From Candidatus Bathyarchaeia archaeon (GTDB lineage: Archaea > Thermoproteota > Bathyarchaeia > Bathyarchaeales > Bathycorpusculaceae), in NCBI GenBank assembly GCA_049512075.1, contig JBEKXL010000003.1, positions 64,001-128,000 on the forward strand: a stretch of 64,000 nt of DNA. Direction: 5' to 3'. The position numbers were made by a program, and so were the translations under genes. Shown here piece by piece: positions 1-9,010 of this stretch. Each line of letters begins with the position of its first letter. Position 1 is the first letter of the stretch. Under the pieces are notes generated by a model, which saw only the letters and a program-made list of their open reading frames with translations, did no database searches and was not told the DNA's origin.

Positions 1-135
1 TTTTGGCAATTCACTTTCGACCATTGGAACAAGGTTCCAGACGATCTTGCAAAGGAAGTAATCAAAAAACTTCGCAGAGGAAGAGGATTGCCTGAAGAGA
101 TTCCCACACCACAAATGTTTGTGGATGAAGCTTGA
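1..135 (+). CDS. fusA: Elongation factor EF-2 (or EF-2 paralog), C-terminal fragment; gene starts upstream of window
   Basis: Frame +1 reads FWQFTFDHWNKVPDDLAKEVIKKLRRGRGLPEEIPTPQMFVDEA*, matching the archaeal EF-2 domain V tail pattern (FW..F.HW..VP...I..LR.R.GL..EIP). Confidence 0.8.
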   Translation, partial: FWQFTFDHWNKVPDDLAKEVIKKLRRGRGLPEEIPTPQMFVDEA

Positions 136-153
136 CTCCGCAGGGATGAGCGT

Positions 154-1026
154 ATGAAAATCCAGTTGAGCCCCTCACGCCCCTTCAACCTAGATTTCAC
201 TCTCTGCTGCGGCCAGACATTCAGATGGGAAAAGCAGGGAGACTGGTGGTACGGCGTCGTTGGACAAGCGCCTTGCAAGATACGACAAACCGGCAAGACG
301 TTGGCGTTCGAAGGTGTAGACGCAGGTTTTGTCGAAAACTACTTTCGCTTAGATGATGATCTACCAGAGATTTTTTCACGTATCAACAAGGACAGGAACA
401 TCGAAGCAGCCATCAGCGAGTTCAATGGTCTGCGCATCCTCCGCCAAGAGCCCTGGGAATGCCTGATTTCATACATCTGTGCAACGTACAAGAGCATCTC
501 AGCAATTAAGGGCATGCTGGCCAATCTTTCCAGAAGGTTTGGCGAAGAAACCCGCAAAGATACCCAGATTCTTTACACTTTTCCGAAACCCGCAAAACTG
601 GCAAAAGCAGGCCTACACGAACTGTTGGCTTGCGGTCTGGGCTACCGAGCCAAATACGTATCCGAAACCGCAAAGTTAGTCCGTGAAAACACTCTCGACC
701 TTGAACGATTAGAAAAAATGGCTTACGCGAAAGCGAAACAAGAGCTGACCAGTCTTCCAGGTGTAGGTCCGAAGGTCGCAGACTGCGTCCTACTGTTTTC
801 TTTGGAAAAACTTCAAGCTTTTCCAGTTGATGTGTGGATAAGACGGGCTATCCTGAAGTATTATGCACGGTATTTCCCAAAGGAATTCGTCAAGAGATTG
901 TCCGCGCAAGAATCGCTGAGCAGTTCAGGGTACGAGAAGTTAGGTTCCTTCGGAAGAGAATACTTCGGCGATTATGCGGGATACGCGCAAGAGTACCTGT
1001 ACCATCATGAACGCATGCATCACTAG
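154..1026 (+). CDS. ogg: 8-oxoguanine DNA glycosylase/AP lyase (OGG1 family, HhH-GPD)
   Basis: OGG N-terminal TL.CGQTFRW, LRILRQEPWECLISYI, HhH motif LPGVGPKVADC and FPVDVW. Confidence 0.9.
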   Translation: MKIQLSPSRPFNLDFTLCCGQTFRWEKQGDWWYGVVGQAPCKIRQTGKTLAFEGVDAGFVENYFRLDDDLPEIFSRINKDRNIEAAISEFNGLRILRQEPWECLISYICATYKSISAIKGMLANLSRRFGEETRKDTQILYTFPKPAKLAKAGLHELLACGLGYRAKYVSETAKLVRENTLDLERLEKMAYAKAKQELTSLPGVGPKVADCVLLFSLEKLQAFPVDVWIRRAILKYYARYFPKEFVKRLSAQESLSSSGYEKLGSFGREYFGDYAGYAQEYLYHHERMHH

Positions 1027-1192
1027 TTAAGTTCGCACCGCCAGGAACTTGGCCAAAGTTTCTTTTCATTTGTCAATGCAAGAAAACCGTGCATTCAGAC
1101 GGAACCGTAGGTTCTTCCAGCTTCAGATAATCTAAACCCAAAAACACTTAAATTAACTTGAAAACAGCAATATAGGAGAAAACAGGCAAGGA

Positions 1193-1290
1193 GGGCCCGT
1201 AGCTCAGCCAGGTTAGAGCGCCAGGCTCATAAGCGCATCAAGCGTTCAGAAACCTGTTGGTCCCCGGTTCAAATCCGGGCGGGCCCACCA
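1193..1290 (+). tRNA. tRNA with CAT anticodon, most likely tRNA-Ile2(CAU), with a 20-nt intron at position 37/38 (1232-1251) and encoded CCA
   Basis: Acceptor GGGCCCG/CGGGCCC, D arm GCTC..GAGC, anticodon CAT at 1228-1230, T arm CCCGG-TTCAAAT-CCGGG, ACCA end. The GGGCCC acceptor is typical of archaeal Ile rather than Met tRNAs. Bulge-helix-bulge intron. Confidence 0.9.
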
Positions 1291-1326
1291 TACTTTAGGT
1301 TCGGAACCGCCCCGACTCGGATCCAA

Positions 1327-1343
1327 ATGGGTTCAAGTCCCAT
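1327..1343 (+). other. Isolated tRNA T-arm-like hairpin (possible att remnant)
   Basis: ATGGG-TTCAAGT-CCCAT perfect 5-bp stem with TTC loop, just downstream of the tRNA at the edge of an AT-rich islet. Confidence 0.45.
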
Positions 1344-1435
1344 AGGAAAAATAGCTGCGTATCCCCTGAAGAAGCCGAGTTCTCAAGTATTTCACGCCCT
1401 AATCGCCTACGTTAAGAAAATCAATGCGCAAGTTT

Positions 1436-1945
1436 TCAGCGAAAGAATTTCTTAAGCACACATTTCAGATTATGGTCGTAATATTCCTGTTTGCCAATAT
1501 AAGCAACATTTGCCGCTCTATTTTCTATCTGTTCTTTTTTAAGCCCATATCCTTCGATGCATTTTCCAATATCTTCAAGATCTCTATCGTTAAGTCTTAC
1601 GATTTTTGTTGCCACAATGTCAACTGGGTGCAGAGCTCGCAATGATATGCGTTCCAAATTGGCTATTTCTATACTATTCGTTAAATAGTCATCAGGTAGG
1701 TTCTGACTGAAGATACATCCATCCTGATATACATCAATCTTGTAACCATGTGGCACATTTTTCTCGGCTCTCTTGTACTCAGGAAAGTCACTGCTAGGAA
1801 TTGTGAAGTCGATGTCTATTGTTGATGGCCTAAGATCAAGCAGTGTCATTGCTGTTCCACCGACGGCTATGAAAGTGATTTTTCTGCCAAGTTCATTGTT
1901 TAACTCTTCTAGAAAGTTGAGTAATGCAGTCTTATCAAGTGGCAT
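1436..1945 (-). CDS. Nucleotidyltransferase, DUF6036/AbiEii-like (putative toxin)
   Basis: GGTAM....R.TIDIDF NTase motif and C-terminal K..R..DRDLEDI; start overlaps the stop of the upstream gene. Confidence 0.75.
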   Translation of the reverse strand: MPLDKTALLNFLEELNNELGRKITFIAVGGTAMTLLDLRPSTIDIDFTIPSSDFPEYKRAEKNVPHGYKIDVYQDGCIFSQNLPDDYLTNSIEIANLERISLRALHPVDIVATKIVRLNDRDLEDIGKCIEGYGLKKEQIENRAANVAYIGKQEYYDHNLKCVLKKFFR

Positions 1946-2987
1946 TGTATAATCTCATTTTTTGCAGAATGCTTTGTTCATCCGCCAGTGTTTCTTCTAA
2001 TTTGAAGGTCTTCAAAATATCTATTGTCTCAGCAATTTCACCTGCAGGTTTTATCTCTTGCAGAATTCTCAGCAAACCTAAGAGCTTCCCACCTGTTCCG
2101 AATTTCTGACTTAAGAAGGCTAATAGGTTACTTCTAAAACTGTTTTTTGCTAGAACTATTGGTATAGCTTCCAGTCGTCTCGGATCGTCTAGAAGTAACA
2201 GGGCGGTGATCAAGTATTCGATGCAGAATTTCTTGCCTTGTTCTATTTTGAGACCAAATTCTTTGTATCCAAATCTACCAAGATTGTAGACAATATCCAA
2301 ATCTGAGATGCTAGCTGGTTTTGTTTCTGTCCTAATAGATTTGATTTCGGTTTCTTCTGCAATTTCTCTGATTTCACTCCAGAACGCCTGAGGACAGAAA
2401 AAGGCGGTCTTTCTGAATAGGGCTTCTCTGAGGGGATTGATCTCATCCGACCTTATTAGATCAGAAAAATCATCTTCGTCTAGGATAAGACTGTCTGTTC
2501 TTAGGTTATACTTGTTCTGCAGTTTCAGCATTTCTCTGTAAAGCCTAACAGTCTCATTATGATAATCAGATGTTTTCCTTAAGAGAAAGAGCAACTCAAT
2601 TCTGTTGAGTTTGATGTTTTTTGCAGGATTTATGAAACTAATCGATTTTATTGCGCATGTCTCATTCAGAGACTTGTCCATTTCTGTTAGAAATATTAGC
2701 AAGTCATTTCTGTTTTTTAAGAATTCCATCTTTTTCTCTATTTCCATCTCCGACAGGAAATCGATCAGTAAGTAATTCTGAAAGTTTAGTTTAATAATGG
2801 AAGATCTTCCTAGGTTGTTGAGATTGAGCAGACCTTCTTTCTTTAGTTCCTGCAATTTTTGATAGATGTTCGCATAATATGCAATACCATAGGTATCCTT
2901 GATTCTCTCGGTAAGCTGATTAATTGACAAAGATTCACCTAAGTGTGATGATATTGTATCTAGGATTCGAAGCGTAGGTGTATCCAT
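1935..2987 (-). CDS. Winged-HTH protein with degenerate NTase-like central domain (putative antitoxin/regulator)
   Basis: N-terminal SINQL....GIAYYANIYQKLQELKKEGLL wHTH; translationally coupled to the NTase gene; AT-rich. Confidence 0.6.
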   Translation of the reverse strand: MDTPTLRILDTISSHLGESLSINQLTERIKDTYGIAYYANIYQKLQELKKEGLLNLNNLGRSSIIKLNFQNYLLIDFLSEMEIEKKMEFLKNRNDLLIFLTEMDKSLNETCAIKSISFINPAKNIKLNRIELLFLLRKTSDYHNETVRLYREMLKLQNKYNLRTDSLILDEDDFSDLIRSDEINPLREALFRKTAFFCPQAFWSEIREIAEETEIKSIRTETKPASISDLDIVYNLGRFGYKEFGLKIEQGKKFCIEYLITALLLLDDPRRLEAIPIVLAKNSFRSNLLAFLSQKFGTGGKLLGLLRILQEIKPAGEIAETIDILKTFKLEETLADEQSILQKMRLYNAT

Positions 2988-3015
2988 TTTGTATTTCTCT
3001 CCTATGTCATTGTTT

Positions 3016-3070
3016 TATAGCTAATTGACTATATACTGATTAACTATAATATTATAGTAAATGGACTATA
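3016..3070. promoter_or_regulatory. Three tandem TATAG-N8-CTATA palindromes (putative operator array)
   Basis: TATAGCTAATTGACTATA (3016-3033), ATATACTGATTAACTATA (3031-3048), TATAGTAAATGGACTATA (3053-3070), immediately upstream of the wHTH gene. Confidence 0.65.
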
Positions 3071-3401
3071 ATAAAAAGATTACTACCAACTACTCGACAT
3101 CTAACAATTCGAGAATAATATCTTTCGAAATATTCTACAAGCAAAAGCAAATTCTCCCTTCATCCGATAGCGCGCGCGCTGGACCCTGATTGGCCATTCC
3201 TAGAAAAATAGCTTCGCCGTTGCGTTAAATGATGCTTATTCCTTCGGGGTTCACAGACTTTCCCCATCGTAACCGCAATTCTTTCATGACCCTGAAACGG
3301 GTATTCTAACTGATGTAAGTTTACAAAGAGGGTTTATAGATACTTAAGAAAAAAGAGGAGAGAACATGAACCATTCATAGAAAGCTGGTTCATTCTCATG
3401 G

Positions 3402-4214
3402 CTAGGGGCTCCATGGACCCCAGATGTAGAACTCGACTTCGCCGCCTATTACGCATGGCAGATATGGCACTGGCGGATCGTCCTTTGTCCCTAAATAGCC
3501 TCTAATGTCGTGATAGCCCATTGATCCGACTGCTTTGAAACTCATTGTTATGTTACCTCCGATGTCTCCTCCTATGAAGCCTCCGGTCACTACGGGTCCT
3601 TCAGTCTGCAAGTGTGATGTCGCAAATCCCCAAAGGTTGTTGTCATAGGTGAACTTGAGTACGTCTACTTCGTTCATGGGGTTAAGCCCCATCTGGAACG
3701 CGGCTGTTCCAAGTGGTCCTCCGTATGCGTGAAGGAGTATTTGGTCACCATCTTTGTAGACGGTTTTCTGAGGGCTGAGCTGCAGAGTCGGCATGATGGT
3801 GAAGTTAGCGTCCATTATGCCTGTTCCAGCGCCGTTCTGGGTTGCGTTAACGAAGTGAGCGATATCAGAGAAGTCATATGGTGCAATGATCGTGGTGCTG
3901 AAGTTTCCACTTAAGGGGACTGTTATCCCAGTCTTTATGGCATAGAAGCCCAAATGCCCCGCGATGCCTGGAACATCAAGTATGAATCCGAACCAGTATA
4001 GTTTTACAGTGGCTCCAGAGGTAAAACCGGTTCCTTTGACGGTGATCGGTGTCTGCACGGGTCCAGCGGTTGGAGAGAGCGTGATCTTTGGGGCGGGGTC
4101 CGAAGACACTGAAGCACTCTGCGAATGCATAGCCAATATGGCGAAGCTGCCCATAGATACTGCGAAGATAATCACAAGTAGGAGCGCAACATAGTTGCGT
4201 ACATTTTTGCTCAT
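3402..4214 (-). CDS. Secreted/membrane-anchored hypothetical protein with Ig/IPT-like domain
   Basis: N-terminal hydrophobic signal, ITLSPTAGPVQTPITVKGTGF IPT-like motif, GGAGGTGA SD upstream. Confidence 0.7.
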   Translation of the reverse strand: MSKNVRNYVALLLVIIFAVSMGSFAILAMHSQSASVSSDPAPKITLSPTAGPVQTPITVKGTGFTSGATVKLYWFGFILDVPGIAGHLGFYAIKTGITVPLSGNFSTTIIAPYDFSDIAHFVNATQNGAGTGIMDANFTIMPTLQLSPQKTVYKDGDQILLHAYGGPLGTAAFQMGLNPMNEVDVLKFTYDNNLWGFATSHLQTEGPVVTGGFIGGDIGGNITMSFKAVGSMGYHDIRGYLGTKDDPPVPYLPCVIGGEVEFYIWGPWSP

Positions 4215-4404
4215 TCTGTTTCACCTCCTATCATGAGTGAAATCACTCCTTGGAGCGGTTCCAAGTGAAAACCTGCTCTTAAGCGTCTATCGAACAACGG
4301 CTATAGTACCAATTCGCACATAGAGCGGAGCGTCCTTGCCGGCCAGGCGGTTGACCACAAAACTTTCAAGATATCGAACCTTATCCATAGTGTAATCAGG
4401 GTCA

Positions 4405-5295
4405 TTGGGAGAATCGAAGGCCGTGAGGACAGAGGACCTTAAGAAGATTGTACTCAGGATGTTTGGAAGCAGAGAGTTTTACGGTTATGAGGTTCACAAG
4501 AAGCTTGCCTCTGAAAAGATTGAGGTCGGTATTAGTCGTTTGTACAGAGTTCTTACCGGGATGTTGCAGGTTGGATTGCTTGAGGGCCGATGGGAGAAAG
4601 GCCAGCTTGGACCTCGGAAAAGAGTGTACAGAATCGGCGAGAAAGGCAAGAAGGAACGTGAGAAACTTCTTTTGGATGCCATTGAGACCGTCCACGGGTT
4701 CTACAGCGAGTACCTGCTCAACCTGCCTGCTAAGACCAATGTTCTCAACAGTATGTGCAAACTACTGTCCAGTAACGTGGACAGAAAAGGAGAAATCGCC
4801 TACATTTCTTCCCAGTATTCAGTGATGCACGAGAAAATATTGCACTATCTTCACGGTAAGGTGCCCCAAGCGAAGATATACTTTATAAAGCCAGCCTCGT
4901 TGGCCGTGGACCGCAATTTTGACAACTTGTGGTTCTTGAACGGGACTTACGATAACATCCCGTTAAGAAGTGGTTTCGTTGATCTAGAGATTGTCGCAAA
5001 AGTTCCAGAAAAGGATTCTCTGGAGAAATCCTTGAGTGAGTGGCACAGAGTGCTGAAGCAGAGTGGAACATTAGCAATAGTGACGCCAACAGTTCTCATA
5101 CGCAAATACAAAGACCCATTGTCGATAGGCAACTTTATTGAGAAATATGAACACGAAGCCTTGGAAAAAGGCGAATACATGGAGACTGAGCCGCTCAGAG
5201 CGCTACTGCAGAAATTTTTCCACAAGGTTGAAGAAAAACAAATCGTCCACATGACCATCTTTTTGGCGCATAAACCACATTTTCCTCCTCAATGA
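4405..5295 (+). CDS. PadR-family wHTH fused to a class I methyltransferase-like domain
   Basis: YGYEV...LYRVL..M...G...GPRKRVYRIGEKG PadR motif; C-terminal NIPLRSGFVD...EWHRVLKQSGTL MTase motifs. Confidence 0.75.
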   Translation: MGESKAVRTEDLKKIVLRMFGSREFYGYEVHKKLASEKIEVGISRLYRVLTGMLQVGLLEGRWEKGQLGPRKRVYRIGEKGKKEREKLLLDAIETVHGFYSEYLLNLPAKTNVLNSMCKLLSSNVDRKGEIAYISSQYSVMHEKILHYLHGKVPQAKIYFIKPASLAVDRNFDNLWFLNGTYDNIPLRSGFVDLEIVAKVPEKDSLEKSLSEWHRVLKQSGTLAIVTPTVLIRKYKDPLSIGNFIEKYEHEALEKGEYMETEPLRALLQKFFHKVEEKQIVHMTIFLAHKPHFPPQ

Positions 5296-5549
5296 CTAGA
5301 AGATTAGCAGAGCAAATTTCGCTACTGCCGCACGTTGTGAAATGTAGAGTAAGCAGAAAGAATAGGAAACACAAAAGAACTCATCAAGTTTAGACGTAAG
5401 TAGCCTCTAACTGTTGAATACTCCTTAGCAGCGCGAACAAAGGCTACTCGAACTCAGAGCGTAACGGTGCGCCAAGAACTCTACGGGCTATACTTCTTCA
5501 ACGCGCCCGCTCGCCATCTCAGGCAGATCCTTTGCAGGGAGAGTCTTCA

Positions 5550-6125
5550 TCACACGACGGCCAGGTAGGCCATCACGAATACTATTGATATCTGGAATAT
5601 TGTCTGACTACCAGCAAAGTAGATGTTTCTCATGCCAAGTTTCACAACCTTCTCTGTGTTTGGGTTTGCCTTCCTGAGCTCTAATAGGACGCGAACTTCA
5701 TTGGGCAATATCAGGCCAAAGCCTTGAACCGACAAGATAACGACAATGACGATGGCTATGATTATTGGTGTGGAGGAGAAACTTAACCCCAAACGACCAG
5801 CTAGGTAGATTCCAGCAGTTATGCCGACCGAGGCCAACCCCGGCATAAAGAACAGCATCATAGGCGCAAGCTTCTTTATGACCTCAACGCGGCTTTGCGG
5901 GGAGAGACCCCGCATCACCCTGCTCATCACAAGACCCATGAACAGGTCTATGCCCGTCCAAGTTCCGGCGATAAGCACATGAACATAATTCAACAGAAGG
6001 AGACTCCCACTCAACAACGCTGCGATCAACGCAACGACGGGGACGGCCAAAGTCAAAAAGGCACTCGGCCCTACGATTGGACTGGCTCTGCTAGTTGAAG
6101 TTGACGTACCCGGAGGTTTTGTCAT
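5550..6125 (-). CDS. Integral membrane protein
   Basis: About 5 hydrophobic segments; YVHV..G..WTGIDLFMG motif. Confidence 0.7.
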   Translation of the reverse strand: MTKPPGTSTSTSRASPIVGPSAFLTLAVPVVALIAALLSGSLLLLNYVHVLIAGTWTGIDLFMGLVMSRVMRGLSPQSRVEVIKKLAPMMLFFMPGLASVGITAGIYLAGRLGLSFSSTPIIIAIVIVVILSVQGFGLILPNEVRVLLELRKANPNTEKVVKLGMRNIYFAGSQTIFQISIVFVMAYLAVV

Positions 6126-6318
6126 ATTCTTCCTCGCACTGAGCTACCGATACCTAGTTCTACCGCAATTTGTATTTGGAATTTTCGACCCGGCCTATAC
6201 AGCGCGCCCGGGTGGACCTGAACCCGTTTGGGTAACCAGCGGGTCAACTTCTCCAAAAACCAGAAGAACCATGATGTTCACGTTACACGCTTTTCTGATA
6301 AACCCCCAAAATCAAACG

Positions 6319-6799
6319 CTATTCTTCAAGCTTGAGAACAAGATGTGCGACTCTTCTCCCGAGTTCCTTGCAGTACTCAATCTCTTTCGCGTGCGGTGCG
6401 CCTACGGCTGCCGCGCCGAAATGTTTGTCATCCGATCTTCCCTGAATAATCATGCCGTGGACCAGCATGGCTTCAAGAATCGAGAGCAACGTGGTTTCCG
6501 CACCCGTCGCTGTCCCCCCTGAGCTTGTGAAAGCCGCTCCGACTTTTCCTTCAAGTTTCCCATGTATCTTCACCGAGCCGTCGATGAAATCCTTGAGTTT
6601 GCCCGACATTTGCCCGTAGTATGTTGGTGAACCCATTATGATGCCGTCAGCGCAGCACAGATCATCAAGGGCTTGCCTGTTCAACCTTCTTCACAGTCAC
6701 CTCAACATTCTTAACCTGTTTGACACCGTCGGCAACCGCCAACGCCATTTTCTCCGTATTCCCAGTCTCGGAACAGTACACAACTAGAACTTTCGCCAT
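6319..6799 (-). pseudogene. Flavodoxin/WrbA-like NAD(P)H oxidoreductase interrupted by a +1 frameshift
   Basis: ATG 6799 reads MAKVLVVYCSETGNTEKMA...EQASP* (TGA 6667-6665); the flavodoxin continues in the next frame (LDDL..ADGIIMGSPTYYG) to 6319; one extra C in AGCCCTTGA. Confidence 0.8.
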
Positions 6800-6914
6800 A
6801 TTACCTCACGCCTCGAGTTCTTATGCCCATATCATGTTTTAAGTCTTAAGTCATTCTGTTCAAACGCGTGTTTTTGGCAAGAATAGAACATTGTTCCACA
6901 ACCTATAAGTGTCA

Positions 6915-7022
6915 AAAGATCGCCTTAAATTGAAGATGAGGGAAGATGGCAGTTTTACTCACGAGGGGAGAAAGGAGAGAAGGGAGAAAAATACAACTAC
7001 CATCTTCCCTCATTCAAGTTCC
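6915..7022 (-). ncRNA. Candidate hairpin small RNA; ends approximate
   Basis: 19-bp inverted repeat 6936-6954/6995-7013 whose only mismatch is a G-U pair on the minus strand; 40-nt loop; BRE+TATA-like GAAAAACTTAAAAG (7055-7042) upstream. Confidence 0.5.
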
Positions 7023-7260
7023 AGTATTCATGCACATGTTGCTTTTAAGTTTTTCTTCCGTTTTTGAATCGAATCTACAAAAAAACAGGACGAAAAATTC
7101 TTCCAAACCATTGCGGACCCAATTTCTTATTTAGATTTCTCCGTTTTGATGAAAAGCGCGTCTTCTGATACAGGTGCGATACGACAAGATCGTTCCAGTT
7201 TGATCTTGAAAGATTTCCTGTTTCCATTCTCTTCAGCGCGCGAGGGTTCCGAAGGCAGGC

Positions 7261-7818
7261 TTAACCGAAACTCCTAATTATCTGATCTACCGTCAGAATC
7301 TTTGCACTGTAAATGTTTCTCAAGTATTCCAATCCTTGCTCATGGTCTTCTTTCGTGAAAGCTTCCACGCCGTCCTTCGCAACTATTATTTTGTAGCCCC
7401 TGAAGAATGCATCGGCGGCCGTGTGTCTCACGCATATGTTGGTGTGTAACCCAGTCAGAATGACTGCCCTGACGCCTTCTCCATGATACAGGCTCCTGAG
7501 AAGCATGTCCAAGCCTGTTTCGTGAAAGCCGCTGTACGTTCGCTTTTCAACAATGTAGTCTGTTTTCTGGGGTTTGAGCTCAGGGATAACCTCAGCTCCC
7601 TTCGTGCCCTTTATGGCGTGTTTTCCCCATCTTTCAACGACCTCTTCATCAACGGGAAGATGCGCGTCGTTACTGTAGATGACTGGCGTCTTGTGTTTGC
7701 GTGCGGCCACTACCAGCTTCTTCAGGTTTGGAATGATGTGCATGCACCTCTCACACTTCAAACCTCCAGTGACGAAGTCGTTCAGCATATCAAGAACAAT
7801 CACAGCCTTATTGTCCAA
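7261..7818 (-). CDS. Isochorismatase/nicotinamidase-family cysteine hydrolase
   Basis: LDMLNDF, EKRTYSGF, GLHTNICVRHT (Asp-Lys-Cys triad). Confidence 0.9.
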   Translation of the reverse strand: MDNKAVIVLDMLNDFVTGGLKCERCMHIIPNLKKLVVAARKHKTPVIYSNDAHLPVDEEVVERWGKHAIKGTKGAEVIPELKPQKTDYIVEKRTYSGFHETGLDMLLRSLYHGEGVRAVILTGLHTNICVRHTAADAFFRGYKIIVAKDGVEAFTKEDHEQGLEYLRNIYSAKILTVDQIIRSFG

Positions 7819-7874
7819 AAACTCAACTCCTTGGTAGACTCTTGCGCAAAGAATGAAAAAAAGTTTATGGTCAG

Positions 7875-8948
7875 CTATTTTTCAGCTTCCAAAGTATACG
7901 GACCCTTCGTAAGTTTCTCGGCTTTGCCTTCTCGTACCAGGACGGTGTCTTCAATGCGAATGCCTCCAAAGTTCGAGATGTATATGCCAGGCTCGTTTGT
8001 CATAACGTTGCCGACAATCAGTACATCTTTGCTCGTCGCTGCGAACGCGGGAGGTTCATGAATGTCCAGGCCCACGCCGTGGCCTAGGCCGTGGATGAAA
8101 TACTGCGCATACCCTGCATCCTGTATTGTTTTCCGGGCTATTTGATCTATGTCTTTGCCTTTTGCCCCGGCTTTTATGGCTTGATGGGCCTTTTCCTGGG
8201 CCGTTTTGACAATTTCGTAAATTTCCGCTTGCTTTTCAGAGGGCTTCCCAGCCACTATCGTCCTTGTCATATCGGAAAGGTAATGCTCATAATTGGAGCC
8301 TATATCCACAACAACAAGATCGCCTGCACGGATTTTTCGGTCAGCGCACCCGCCGTGGGGATAAGCGGAACGGACACCTGATGCAACTATGGTCTCGAAC
8401 CCTGTTCCCCAACCGCCCTCCTTGCGCATCGCATGCTCGATTTCCGCTGCAACCTCAATTTCGGTAACTCCAGGTCTTATGGTCTCATATGCTGCCTTCA
8501 TGCCTGCACCAGTAATCATTCCGGCTTTTCGCATAAGTCGGATTTCTTCTTCATCTTTCACTCTGCGCAACTTCCAGATGAGACCACTCTGCACCTTCAA
8601 TCTTGCGCGTCCGCGGAAACCCTTTGCAAGCAAGCGGTAGAAATCATAGCTCAACGTGTCTAACGCAATTTTCTCCACCTTGGAAGCCTTGAGCAGGGGG
8701 GTGAATCTTTCAGTCAGTTTTTCGCCCACTTTGAGAAGCTCAACCTTGAAACCTTTTGCCTCCGCTTTCGTCTGCTCGTAATTGACATCGTACACGTAGA
8801 GCGTGTTTTCGCCTCTTTTTGGAATCAGCAAGCAGAACGCGCCCGGAGTTCCGGTAAAATACAACAGGTTTTTTTCGTTGCCAACCAAAAACGCGTCGAA
8901 CCCCTTCTTCTCGAAGGCCAATTCCCTTAGAGCATCTATCCTGTCCAA
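7875..8948 (-). CDS. pepQ: Xaa-Pro peptidase (M24B)
   Basis: SDMTRT, HGLGHGVGLDIHE, NEPGIY, GGIRIED metal ligands. Confidence 0.9.
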   Translation of the reverse strand: MDRIDALRELAFEKKGFDAFLVGNEKNLLYFTGTPGAFCLLIPKRGENTLYVYDVNYEQTKAEAKGFKVELLKVGEKLTERFTPLLKASKVEKIALDTLSYDFYRLLAKGFRGRARLKVQSGLIWKLRRVKDEEEIRLMRKAGMITGAGMKAAYETIRPGVTEIEVAAEIEHAMRKEGGWGTGFETIVASGVRSAYPHGGCADRKIRAGDLVVVDIGSNYEHYLSDMTRTIVAGKPSEKQAEIYEIVKTAQEKAHQAIKAGAKGKDIDQIARKTIQDAGYAQYFIHGLGHGVGLDIHEPPAFAATSKDVLIVGNVMTNEPGIYISNFGGIRIEDTVLVREGKAEKLTKGPYTLEAEK

Positions 8949-9010
8949 AGTTTTTCACCGTCACGAAAGAAGCCGTTTAGAATTCTAAGCTAAAATGCTT
9001 TGTCCCTCTG

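Noticed and set aside
1193-1290. tRNA-Met assignment from the CAT anticodon
   Set aside because: The acceptor stem GGGCCCG lacks the initiator A1:U72 pair and resembles archaeal Ile2 tRNAs
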